Assembly: GCA_043228905.1 (NCBI GenBank)
Contig: JBHGNT010000007.1
Location: 7,316,001-7,380,000 of the forward strand
Length of the DNA: 64,000 bases
Reading direction: 5' to 3'
DNA from: Azolla caroliniana
Taxonomy: Eukaryota; Plantae; Polypodiophyta
Part shown: positions 38,601 through 50,877 of the stretch, piece after piece
How the letters are laid out: every line of letters starts with the position of its first letter
Position numbering within the stretch: the stretch's first letter is position 1
The notes under the pieces: generated by a model
What the model saw: only the letters and a program-made list of their open reading frames with translations
What the model was told of the DNA's origin: nothing
Database searches by the model: none
Program-made: the position numbers and the translations under genes

Positions 38601-40125
38601 AGAAACTATTGCATACTGCATATGGCATGAGCAAAGACTTTGGCATGAATGGGTTTCGAGTGGGATGCCTGCATACGAGAAGTGAAGAACTATTAACGGT
38701 ATGCCATTGTTGTTAATAAAAGCCATTATGTGTGAGCTGTTACCATTTTTTCTTGTTAACACTGTTATTGTTATGGAGAATCTCAGTTCTGGCAGAACAT
38801 GGGCATGTTCGCCGCAGTGTCAAATGATACTCAACATGCCCTTGCTGTAATGTTGGAAGATGAAAAATTTATCGACTCATATGTTTCAGAAAACAAAAGG
38901 TTAAGGCAGTACTCTAAACCTACGGTTGGCTGTCTATTTTTCTCTTTACTTGGCAGCCTCCATCTGGTGATGAAAGATTTCTTAAGTTTTTATTGGTTTC
39001 TATGTGAAGCTTGTTGCCACAATGTGCATTCTCAATTGCAAATTTGATTAGTAAAATTCTTCCTCTTGAGAACTGTTTGTAATCTCCATGAGGTGTCCAA
39101 AGACATCTTCTGATATATTAACTTCAATTCTAGTTGGTTTCTATATGAATCTTGTTGTGGGTGTCTGAAGATTTCTTTTGATTTATTAACTTCATTTCTT
39201 ATTGGCTTACTTGTCAATCTTACTATAGGCGCCTGAAAAAATCTTATGATCTATTAACCTCACTTCTGGAGGCAGCTCAAGTAAGGTACATGCCTGCATG
39301 TGCTGCGATGTTTTGCTGGTTGGATCTAAGAACTTTATTATCAGCGGTAAGGGCCATGTTTCTATAATATATATAACATGGACCTGAATTATATTCAAAA
39401 GAATTAAATTCTAAAATCAACTTCTTTTGATAGCCCACATTTGAAGCTGAAGATCATTTGTGGAGAGAGATTATGGATGAATGTAAAGTTGTCCTTACTC
39501 CAGGTTATTTGCTCAACTCTTAATTAATTAATTAGTGGCTTCTTTTCTTTGTGAATACCTAAAAGGCCTTCAAGATTAATTCCGAAAATGCCACTCACAT
39601 TTTCCACCAAATTCCATAAAAAACGCAAGATCGAGATAAATAACCGAAATCGTCCATGTCATCCTTCAAAATACAGAAATTGTTAATAAGTCTTCTTCTC
39701 TGACTTGTCAATCAATTTAGCTAGCAAGAATAATAAACATTAGGTTGTAGTTAGTGGTTAGTCATCTTAATTCTACAAGTTTAAGATTCAAAATTTCAGA
39801 AGCTAATGAATGGCATTTTAGGATTTATAATGACTAAACTAGAGTGGCATGCTGGAACTTCTGGGAGTGGTATGTTGGGAATTATGCTAAACTAGAGTAG
39901 CATATTGTGAACTGTGGTCAAATTCCTAACATAGGATGATCTTTTCTGATTATATTCTATAAATCTACAGGAGAAGCTTGTCATTATGCGGAACCAGGAT
40001 TTTTCCGGGCCTGCTATGCATCAATGTCACCTGAAATTCTAGAAGCCGCTTGCAAGCGCTTTTCTGATTTCATTGCTCGGAAAAGGAAGAAAAGGAAGGC
40101 AGAATATGAGCCACTGTTGCAATAA
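35617..40125 (+). CDS. ACC synthase-like PLP-dependent class I/II aminotransferase-fold enzyme, 480 aa
   Basis: 12 GT-AG exons in phase: 35617-35865, 36214-36266, 36462-36573, 37052-37092, 37177-37276, 37661-37837, 37975-38048, 38518-38698, 38787-38899, 39229-39346, 39434-39503, 39971-40125 (1443 nt). ACS boxes: NPDGFFLMAQAEN, IPAPYFPAFDND, TNPGNPLG, SDEIYA, GMSKDFGMNGFRVG (PLP Lys), FCWLDLR, TPGEACHYAEPGFFRACYA. Confidence 0.88.
35880..36125 (+). repeat. Degenerate telomere-like (aaccctaa) motif cluster in intron 1
   Basis: Multiple aaccctaa, aactctaa and aacctaa units. Confidence 0.55.
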
Positions 40126-43093
40126 CTTGTAAATTTTTCCAAGGGTAGATGTTTACTTATCTTTGTCATCATATCCTATAAATGGAAAAACTTCAAACTT
40201 GATGGGACTTGATGTATACTAGAGTGGTATGTTGGGAATCATGCTATCTAGAATAGCATGTTGGGAGTTGTGGTAAATTAGAGCAGCAATTATATGTATT
40301 AGAATTTGGGATTAGATGTAAGGAAAACCAGTGGAATACTCCTAACTTATGGGGGTATTTACAAGAATACCCTTAAGTCTTTAAAACATATGAGATAAGT
40401 TCAACATCCACTACTACAAGTGTCATTCTGGTAATGTTTTGTTAACTTAAGAGTTATTCTTGTAAATATCGCAAAACTTAGGTATACACCTAAGCCTGTG
40501 GAATCCTCCAGATGACAACATTTTAGTAAGTTTTTGAAATTTACCAAATGATTCAATATCTACTACAACTGGGTGTGTTATAGTAAATATTTGGGGGCTA
40601 TATTGCACTAATGTTTGGAAATTTCCCTTTATATATTTGTTTATCTATTGACATATATATTATATATGTGCGTGTGAGCACTGAATTCTAATCTTCTGTT
40701 CTTTGCAGCGATTTGAAATGGACGAGTACAGGCATCAGTGATACAATAGAGGATCCTTTTTCAAGAGTAATAGACAAGAGTGGAAGTGATTTTTACTTGT
40801 ATGTATTTGCCTTTGAGTCACACTGTATAACAGCTATTCGGTTGGTACATTAGCCAACCTTTGCTATGGCATGAAGAAAGAGGAGGGCAATCTTGTGTTA
40901 AGAGGCAAATCCTAATTTCTTTGCATATAGTAATCCAGATTTACGCTATTAACACTAACTTAGGTACTTATGCTTGAAAATAAAGGAAAAGTGCAGATTA
41001 TTGGATCTGCCAAAAGACTTGTACAAGCACTCATTGGGAGAGATGGTGACATTATCTTTAATGAAAGCTTTTCATAGCTGATATTCACAAACTTGAACTT
41101 GACATGATACTTTCATAAGTGTAAGTGAAATGAAAAGTGTAAATTGATGCAAACCTATTTTAAGTGAATGCAATTTGTATTTGCTTTTGTATTTGCAGTA
41201 TGAAATAAGCAATTGTTTTTGCATTATAGAAAAGCTGTTTCAAATTGTGAACAATATGATGCTGCAGGGATGGAATCCAGGCAACGCAATTGGTGGGTGG
41301 AAATGAATTGAGTTAAATCCCTTGCGAATGGGAAATTCATGATTAGTTATCACCAATGTAAATTGTAATTTATACCCAATTTGCCTTATTGTGGCATGTT
41401 TTGTTTTTGCAATGAGTTGTTTTTGGTTTCTTTCCCCTACACTAGCTAGAGATAGTTACAACGTAATGTAATATGTAGGCATTATACAAGGAAAGCAAGG
41501 ATCTTTGTGAAATAATTTTATTTGCTGAAGTGGGATTATCTTTAGATGGTCTGAGAAAGAGTAATTGTGCTTCTATTATGAAAAATGCTTTTGGCATTTT
41601 GTCATTTGCGTGTCTCTAGACAACAATAAGAAAACATCATGAAATTATGAGATGTTTTATTTGGGGAAGCTTTGTTGAGTGGTCCATGGAATCTGGTGAG
41701 CCTTTTCCCTTAATTGGAGACTAACAAATGTTTTTGAAACCATTGTACGTTTTGACTGTTTTGGTAGCAAACAATCTGTACCAGTGTGGATGATTATATG
41801 TACAATAAGTTTTGCCCACATGGATAATTCTTTCATGAATCTAAAGGAGTATGATTATCACATCCATTTTCCTTGCATAAATCAGATTCAAAACTTATCT
41901 AGAAATCTTAGAAAGAATGATTACCTTTTCATGTATTGAAGGAGTGAACTTGACCAATTGGAGTCAAGAATGAATAGGGCCACAAGTGCGAAGGATAGAA
42001 CAAGTGATTGAGACATCGAAATTTGGGCCAAAGAGGGTGACCATCTCTCTTAGGTATGTCTCAAATAGTGATAGTAAATTCTTTAACATTAATCTTAAGA
42101 ATAGGAAAACAAATTTGGCATTATCCTCTACCTTCAAAACAAGAAGTTAAATGGAATACATAAATAGGTAAACAAAAGCCTCAATCTATACCAATGAATG
42201 TCAAGTAACTTAGTGAGTAGCTTAGCGGGTTGTCAAGGGGACAACATCTTCTTCTATATCCATCTACCCTAATCCTTATAGGATTGAAATCTAAAGTTGT
42301 CCATTGTGTATAATGTGATGGAACAATCGGAAACAATTTTATACCTATTATAGACATGTTCACTCACCAAGCATTTATATACAAAATAAGTGCATCTCTT
42401 TTGCATATTCCCTAACCAAAGGTTTGGGAAAAACTTTTGGTCATTTGGGGTGTGTGACCTCTCAAGCAATGCCTATTTGTTGCAATGGAGAAGATTTTGT
42501 GCTCTTTGGACCATTTGGACATCTCACTATAGTAAGGTCTTTGGTCAAAACTAGCTAACCAATCTATATGTGGTTGTCCACAACTCAAGGACCACTTCAA
42601 ACTCACACTCTTTATTTTGAGTGCTTCTAAGTACTTTAATGTCTAAGAGACATGTACATTTCTTTTTATTCTTTGCAAGTTTTCATTTCACTATGGTGCT
42701 TTCCACTAGTACCACGTTCCAAATATGCGAGAGCTATGGATGTTAGACCAAGCTAAAAATCAGACTTAATTAATAGTTATATTATTAAGAGAGTTATATT
42801 ACTAAGAGAGAGATTAGGAATGAAACAAAATGCAAATAGAATTGATTAGTAACATGGAGATTAGGCCATTTGAATCAAAGGTTCTCACAACAACAATAAG
42901 GATATAAGACAAATTTAGTGAATGAAATTTGAAAAAGGGTAGAAGCCCATCAAAAACATACATTTAATAAAAATGCCCGTCAAGTGACATACAAAGTTTC
43001 AATTTCCATTTTCATGTGAAAAGCCCCTAAAAATTATACATGTCAAATGAGATGCTAAAATTCTATTTTTCATGTCATATATATTATATATAT

Positions 43094-43408
43094 AGGGAAA
43101 AGTACCAATATACCCCTAGAAGTTCCAAATTTACCAAACTACCCTTATGTCCAAAAAATTACACTTTATAAAGTAATTATACACTCAAATCTTTGGTAAA
43201 TAGGGCTAGTTCAGGTCCATTTTTTCCATATTTGGTCAATAGGGCTTGTAAATTTGAGTGTATAATTACTTTATAAAATGAAATTTTTTGGACATAGGGG
43301 TAGTTTGGTAAATTTGGAACTTCCAAGGGCATTCTGGTAAATAGACGAACTTCCAAGGGCATTCTAGTAAATAGACGAACTTCCAAGGGTATCCTGGTAC
43401 TTTTCCCT
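43094..43408. mobile_element. Mutator-type MITE with ~95-bp TIRs
   Basis: agggaaaagtacca...gtaattatacactcaaat mirrored by atttgagtgtataattac...tggtacttttccct. The right TIR has about three 29-bp repeats. TA-rich flanks. Confidence 0.8.
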
Positions 43409-45088
43409 TATGTATACGACACATATTATCATATAAATATATGTATATACTATCAAATGTGTATAACAATATATTTATATTATATGTTTTTTTATAACAC
43501 GCTTAAAATAATATCATCATAACGTAATAATGATATATATTTTCAAACCTTTAATTCTTTACTAATAATATTAGTTTAAATTTGATTGAAATTTTAAACA
43601 ATAACCTTTATTAAATACTCTAAGAGTGTAAACTCTAGGTTTGATTTTAATGTTTTACGTTTTAAGTTAAACCTTAATTTTTTACTAACCTTTTTTAACA
43701 AAACAATAACCACGTTTTTTTCCCAAAAAACCCACTTTTTCCAAAAAAAAAACCTTTTCTTCATACTTAATAGTAAAAACATTAACACGATATTTAGTTT
43801 ATGTATTTCATTATCTTTGTGAGGTAGTTATGCTAATTTGTGTATCTTTGTGTTATAGTAATGACATCTATAACGATGTAACATTATATAGAGTTTTTTA
43901 CTTTAAAAATTTGTATATCAAATGACATGTTAGTTTTTGTAATCTTATGGCATATGACATATATCTTTAAAAAATGCCCGTCAAAAAACATTGATACTAA
44001 CCCGTCAAATTTAGGCCCTGATGGGAATCATGCCATGGTAGGACATGGAACCGTACAATGATTAATTACACAAAGATTAAAACAATTGGAGAAAGGAAAA
44101 CTAACTACACCACATAATGGTATTGCCTTTTGGGAGGCCTAAGATAATGGTTACATTTTAATGAGAGTGTAAACCACATATATAGCAAATAACATCATTG
44201 ACACATTGAATGCCGAAAGAGCTAATGATGAAGAGAATGTCATAGGAGGTGCATTAAATGTTTCAACAATAAGGAAAAAACTAACTTGCATAGATAGTGT
44301 GATGAAAGCTACAAGGTTCGAATGTTACAATCGCAACAAGAGGTATGCGAGGCCATGCCCTTGTCACTATTTCCATAGGCCTCTTAAATGCAAAGAGATC
44401 ACTAACACATCGATGATAGTGGTGTACAAGGAGAAAAAAACAATGAAACCTATTGGATTTGCCATAAGGTAACACTTTTGTACCTCAAATGTAATCATGT
44501 CGCCTTGGGTTTAGGAAAAGTTGTGTATATATACTTATGTGAAATCATAGTGGATCCACAAGTTACTTTGTCTTAACATAGTTCCTTAAACCTTTGAATA
44601 TTTGTATTGTTAACCCTATTGACAAGAGTAACTCCCTAATCCACAAACTCACCCAACACACTATCAATGTTGAAATAGATCTTAATGATTCATATTTTTT
44701 GAGTAACTCACATTAGTTTAAAGTAACTACACAATATTAAATATTTTTAAGTAATTTTTTATTGCACTTTTGACAAAATAACTTGCAATGGTGCATCGTT
44801 TGTTCATTTTGCATATTTCGTATTTTGGACAAACTATTGGTTACATAAAAATTTCTAAATAAAATCTAAGTCCTAAAAGTTATAATTGCTAGTATTTGAG
44901 AACGTGAGAACTATGTCTAAAATGATTACATATCTATCCTCCACACTATTTGTTGATCTAAACATATTTATTATAATCTCGATATAGATATATTTATTAT
45001 GTTATTGAATGATTTTATAGCACAACCATGGTATATTTTGCAAATGGACAATTTTGTGTCAGTGGCCAATGGTACCCATGATTGGTTC

Positions 45089-45552
45089 TATTAGAGATAT
45101 GATCTAATGTAAACGTATGATAAGGAGAAAAGAATGATAGATAGATAGATAGATAGAAAGGAGAGAGAGAAAGAAGGGTGTCGATCCACCCAACCACCCC
45201 CGAATGAAGGGATCGAGACGGACTCGAGCCTCGATAGGCATCCCATACCATCGTCGTGGTGTCAAGTCGTGCCTAGTGCTAGCGCACTCACTACAAGAGT
45301 TGAACCACCATGAAACAGAGTCTCGACGTAGTCAAAAGATGATGAAATAAGGGTAGCTAGGCCTCTTATTTATAGCGATACCCAAAGCCCCCAAGCAAGT
45401 TCACACTTAACCTAATGGGGTGTCTCAATCTCGAGGATTAAAAGTAATCCTCCCCTTCTTTACACTCTCGTTTAACCCTCACACTTATCCACGTGTATAA
45501 AATACTACGGTAAATTCTCACCACGGGATATTATATGGTCATGCCCGTAACA
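45089..45552 (-). mobile_element. Solo LTR with TSD GGTTC, same family as the LTR at 61202-61654
   Basis: ggttc|tattagag...gcccgtaaca|ggttc; colinear similarity with 61202-61654. Confidence 0.85.
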
Positions 45553-46179
45553 GGTTCACCTTCTAATAGAACTCATATGTCTCACACTCTCTCATTTGAG
45601 TTGTACTCTAGTCAAAATCTTTACGCATTAGCCCATGCACTTAAGCATCAACATGCCCCATATAATAAGGGAGGTCTCTCTTACATAGACTATCTCTTGT
45701 CACCAAGTGTATGGGAGCATCAATACTTACAAATACGTTTCGGTACAAGATTGTACCAGAGGTGACATCTCAACGGTGTAGCCCCTCCATATGGCAACAA
45801 TCTAGAGTTCCTCAAGTTTACCTTATAGCCATGGGAGCATTGACTCTTCCAAATATGTTACAATATGAGATTGTGCTAGAGGTGACCATCTTGACGACGG
45901 AGGCTCTCCTTAAAGCAACATCATATTTAGAGGGCCTCAAGAATATCTCATAGCTATGAGCATAAAAACAATGTTTGACAAATCACTTGAGCGCGTGACC
46001 AAAAGACTGGTCTCCAAGAAAGGAATATCGCAAGTGGACTCAAGAGTGAAAGCAACAAAAGCAGATTACACACCATACAGACACACAACATATATGAGAA
46101 GTATGCACAAAGCCACAAAAAAAGCGAGTGCCGGTATATTGTTTGTTGTGGTTTCTAACGAGTCAAAAGCATTATGAAC

Positions 46180-46514
46180 TACCTAGGCAGATCTACACCA
46201 TCTCGTCTTCATCCACCGTCACGTTGATGGATCTGAGAGGATCGCAGATCTCTTTGATCTTGGTGGTGTAGTCAATTACTAACATTCCTACCTACAGGAT
46301 GTTGTTGAGCTCCTGTCTAAGCCGCAACAATGGCGGCAAAAATCTTCTTCAGATTTTGCCATGCCTCTTTTAGCGACTTTGCATACTCGATGTAGCCGAG
46401 CATCAAATCATGGACACAAGATGCGAAGTAGTACAAGATTTGGCTTGCTGCTTTTTCCCATACTGGGAAATCTCTATGTGTCAACTTTGGAGCTTCAACA
46501 TTTGCACCTTCCAC
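46180..46514 (-). mobile_element. Ty1/copia gag (UBN2-like) fragment
   Basis: KSLKEAWQNLKKIFAA...QELNNI...DYTTKIKEICD...VDEDEMV. Confidence 0.75.
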
Positions 46515-47038
46515 ATAACTCCAGTACCCATGTCCTAGCAGCTACTAGTGCATCTTGTATGCCCAAGATGCAGGATGCAAAGTCCATTACCCTCGGGGCT
46601 GCCCAAATATAAAATTGTCGGTTTTTTTTTGTAGCCAAGGGTTTGATCGGCAAAGGTACAAGATGATGCACCCCACGCCCCATGCCCCACACCCCCAACC
46701 AACCCCCATCCCCATCCCATTCGACATTACGTTTATATGGGATGCAAAGTCCATTACCCCCTGGGGCATCCCGGAAGGGCCGCCCAAATGTAAAAATGGT
46801 CTGTTTTGTATGGTTTGATTGGTGAGATTAGAGATGACGCACCCCCCGAACCAATTCCCATCCCCAATGCCCACCCTATCCCCAATGCCCATGCCCATGC
46901 CCATGCCCATCATCCCCAATGCCCATGTCCATCCCCCCTTCTGTTCAGATGCCTCCCTTGTAGAGATGTGTGTGTATTTCCGATGCCTTCTCTCGGGTTG
47001 TCTTGCCTCATTAGGACTACAAGCCCAAGGAAGAGATC

Positions 47039-47069
<31 letters not shown>

Positions 47070-47339
47070 TTAGTTGAGACTTGTGAGACTTAATATGTAC
47101 TGATTTCTTAAAGTACCGTTATATTGTGGAGTGTGGGGACAAAATTGTTTTAAATAATACCTCCTCCTCCTCCTCCTCCTCCTCCACCTCCACCTCCACC
47201 TCCACCTTCTGCTTCTGCTTCTTCTGCTTCTAAATTCTGCTTCTGCCTGTCAGTCAGGAGCCACTTCAAAGCAAACCCTAACCAGAACAGAACAGAACAG
47301 AACAACTCCCCCCCGAAAACCTAACAAACCCCCCCCCCC

Positions 47340-47355
47340 CCCCCCTTATAAAGAA
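47340..47355 (+). promoter_or_regulatory. Candidate TATA box of the patellin gene
   Basis: C-run then ttataaag, followed by a CT-rich leader about 250 nt upstream of the ATG. Confidence 0.45.
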
Positions 47356-47603
47356 AGAGTTCGGTTTCCTTCTCCCCCCTCTGCTCTGCCCAGCTACTAC
47401 TACATACATACATACATACATACATACATAGCTTTAACAACAAGCCTTAGCCATTTGCCTATTCCATAGCCATATAACCTTCATCTACCCCATCCATTCT
47501 CTTCAAATTTGCCCACAGAACAGATCATCTTTCCTTTTTGTTTTTTTTGGGTGGGGTTTTTGCTCTTGTTCTCTCTCTCTCTCTCTCTCTTTTAATCTCC
47601 ACA

Positions 47604-50600
47604 ATGGGTAAAGAAGACAACAACTCTACTTCCATCTCTGTTTCTTCACAGCAACTTAATGTTGCCCACGACTCTGTTTCTTCACAAAAACCTATTATTG
47701 CCCAAGATCCCGTTGCAGAGTTCCTGTGTGTGAAGGAGCTCAAAGACATTGAGAAGAAAGCTCTACAAGAATTGAAGATTAAGATAGAAGAATGTATAAA
47801 AAACAAGTCATTTTTGTCTTCTTCTTCTTCTTCTTCAGCTCCCGCTCCTCCTGCTCCATCAAAAACTGACGATGCCGTCGTTAAGGAAGTAAAAGAAGAA
47901 GCAAACTGTGAAAATAAAGGAAATAACTCTGAAGAAGCCATTTCTGAAGACAAAGAAGCAAATTTCGAAGAAAAAGTAGCTATATCTATATCGGCTACCC
48001 ATGAAGAATTACCCCCTGTTTCTTCGTCCACCACCATTGAAGCTTCTCCTATCTCTTGTGATTCAAAACGCGATGTCAAAGAAGACGGTGCAATAGAGAA
48101 GACAAATACCTCATCATCAAAACTAGAAGTGGAAGGGGAGAAAAAGGAAGGTGAGTATTATGGTTCACAAATGATCAGTCATATGTTTGTATACAAGCTA
48201 GATATGGTATGGACATAGATTGAGGTTTTTATACTAGCTATTTCCAGGGCCTAGGGACATATATCGACAGGATCTCATGATAGTTATGGGGTCGAACATA
48301 GACATTAACTATAGTTCAATGCTCCTTATGATTTGGAATAGATCTAACTATGCTCGTTAAATAGACATATATTTTCATAAAAACAGTTACTTGGACATAA
48401 ACCATGCTAGGGTTTCTTGATAGCTATAGGTCTGGATATAGATTCAGGACTTACATGCTACCTATCAGTAGGACATAGGTACACTAAGCCCTTGGGATTC
48501 ATGGTGTAGGTACACTCTTGATGTAAATGTAGGCTTTCATGGTTCTATGAAGTGTTGGTTTCTCTCAATCACTTTGTCGACTATCGGTCGATTAGCTAGA
48601 CTGCATCCGGTTTAGATGCTTAGCTATTTTCTAATGTCTCCCAATTCAATTAATTTCTGCTAACTGGACACTCACATCATTGTACATTGGGAGGATAGTT
48701 GTGGTCTTCCATTCTTGCGAGACCTAGTTCCTCCTAGGTTTTCAATGTTTATAGCAACCTACTTATGTTTGATCTTGTTGGATATAGAACTGAAAGCTCG
48801 GGATGTCTGAAATAGGTATAATACATAGTGTCTTCATGGTAATATATGATGTTGGCATGGGGAACCATGGGACATTGCTATGGTATGGGACTATAAAGTT
48901 TCCTAGAGATAACATCATGATGAATATGGTGTGTGGAACAAACAATTGGTATCCTTCTTGTTAATCACTATTACGAATCATGCATAATTGATCACTAGTT
49001 ATGAATTGAAGTGATCTATAGTCCCTTAATCCATTTTAAAAATAAAATAAAATTCCTTCATAGGTGATCCTATTGAAAATGATGATAATGATGATGACGA
49101 ATCATCGGCACTAGAGGATCTCACTCTTTGGGGAGTTCCACTACTCCACTCCAAGGGCGACGAAAGGACCAACGTTATCCTCTTAAAGTTCTTGCGTGCC
49201 CGAGACTTCAAGGTTGATGACGCGATGACAATGCTCGAAGACACGCTCGCATGGAGGAAACAATTCCATGCCGACAAGCTCATCGAAGAAGAGATTTGCA
49301 CCGAATTCGATCATGTTGCATATATGCATGGCGTGGATAAGGAAGGTCACCCTATTTGCTATAACCACTTTGGTGTTTTCCAAGACAAGGAGCTCTATCA
49401 GAAGGTAATAGAAGACGAAGAGGAATTCAAGAGATTTCTCCGGTGGCGAATCCAAGTCCTTGAGAATGGCATTAGGAAACTCGATTTCAAACCTTCGGGT
49501 GTAAATGCCATGGTGCAAATTACGGATCTCAACGACTCTCCTGGGTTCATCAAAAGAAGGAACATCACTAGAGCTGCCCTTACTCTTTTGCAAGATAATT
49601 ATCCTGAGCTTGTTGCAAAGCAAGTGAGTTGTTCATTCATTTTTTTATTCGCTTGCTTGTTGTCGTTATCGTGTTTTCTTAAGTCTTCACTTCCATATAA
49701 TTGTTTGTTGTTTGCACAAAAATGGTGAGATTTCGCGAAAACAATGTTCAAAATTTCAAACTTGTGGGTTGGATATCTATCTAGCTATCTATATTCTTAC
49801 ACAAACCTATAACTTTTCTACTATATTCTTGGTAGTATTTAAGTTCCTAGAGTTGTGTACAGTTATCTACTATCTATCTATCTATCTATCTAATCCTACA
49901 CAAGCCTGTGAATTTTCTACAATCTTCCTAGTAGTATTTAAGTTCCTAGAGTTGTGTACTATATGCTCATGTAATTCTTGTTTCTTGGTTTTCTTGTGGT
50001 TGTGTAGATCTTCATTAATGTGCCTTGGTATTTTGGGGCTTTATATTCACTCTATGGAAAGATTATTACCCCTAGGTCCAAGAGCAAAGTTGTGGTTGCA
50101 AGACCTGACAAAGTTACCGAAACCCTCTTTAAGTAAGAAACGGACCTTTTCCCTTTGTTGGACTCTTTGGTCTATGAATAGAACGAAATATCAAACATTC
50201 CTAAACTTTGATAGGTACATCTCACCGGAGAATGTTCCATTACGGTATGGTGGCTTCAGTAGGCCTAATGATACCGAATTTGAATGTGTCGAGGCTCCGG
50301 TGAAAGAAATTTGGATCAAGGCTGGTGAGAATCGAGTGATCGAAATAGATGTAAAAACGGTATGGAACACTTCAATCATGGATCATGAATTGGTGAATGA
50401 ATGATGGCCTGACTTTATGTTGTACACTATCGGATTAATTATGCCTATAGATTCAAATTTCAAACACACAACTTTAAGGTTAGAAAGAACAAATAAACTT
50501 TGTATTAGTACACATTATCATGCTTACACGCGTTTGAATTGTAATTATTGATATATAAGACATAACAATATTTTCACATTATGTGTGGCATTAAATTGTC

Positions 50601-50877
50601 TTTTGTGGTATGATGATATTTTCAGAGTGCAAGCACAGTCTTGTGGGATATCGTGGTCGTAGGGTGGGAAGTTGTATATGGAGAAGAGTTTGTGCCTAAT
50701 GAGAATGGTTACACGATGACTATACGAAAGTCAAAGAAGGTGCCAGTCGAAGAGGAGCCCGTGAGGAATTCTTTCAAGGCATCGGAGGCCGGGAAAGTTG
50801 TCCTTACTATAGACAACACCAGTCGGAAGAGAAAACTAGTTGCTTTTAGACACACAATCAAGAAAGAGTCTTCTTAA
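47604..50877 (+). CDS. PATL: Patellin (acidic N-terminus, CRAL-TRIO_N, Sec14, GOLD), 542 aa
   Basis: Exons 47604-48150, 49064-49623, 50008-50132, 50215-50359 and 50626-50877, GT-AG and in phase (1629 nt). Motifs: EKKALQELK, LWGVPLL..KGDERTNVILLKFLRARDFKV, HGVDKEGHPICYN, LQDNYPELVAKQIFINVPW, WDIVVVGWEVVYGEEFVP, GKVVLTIDN. Confidence 0.93.

Noticed and set aside
41750-42800. Possible additional gene or LINE remnant
   Set aside because: Only faint, inconsistent motif hints and no spliceable ORF.
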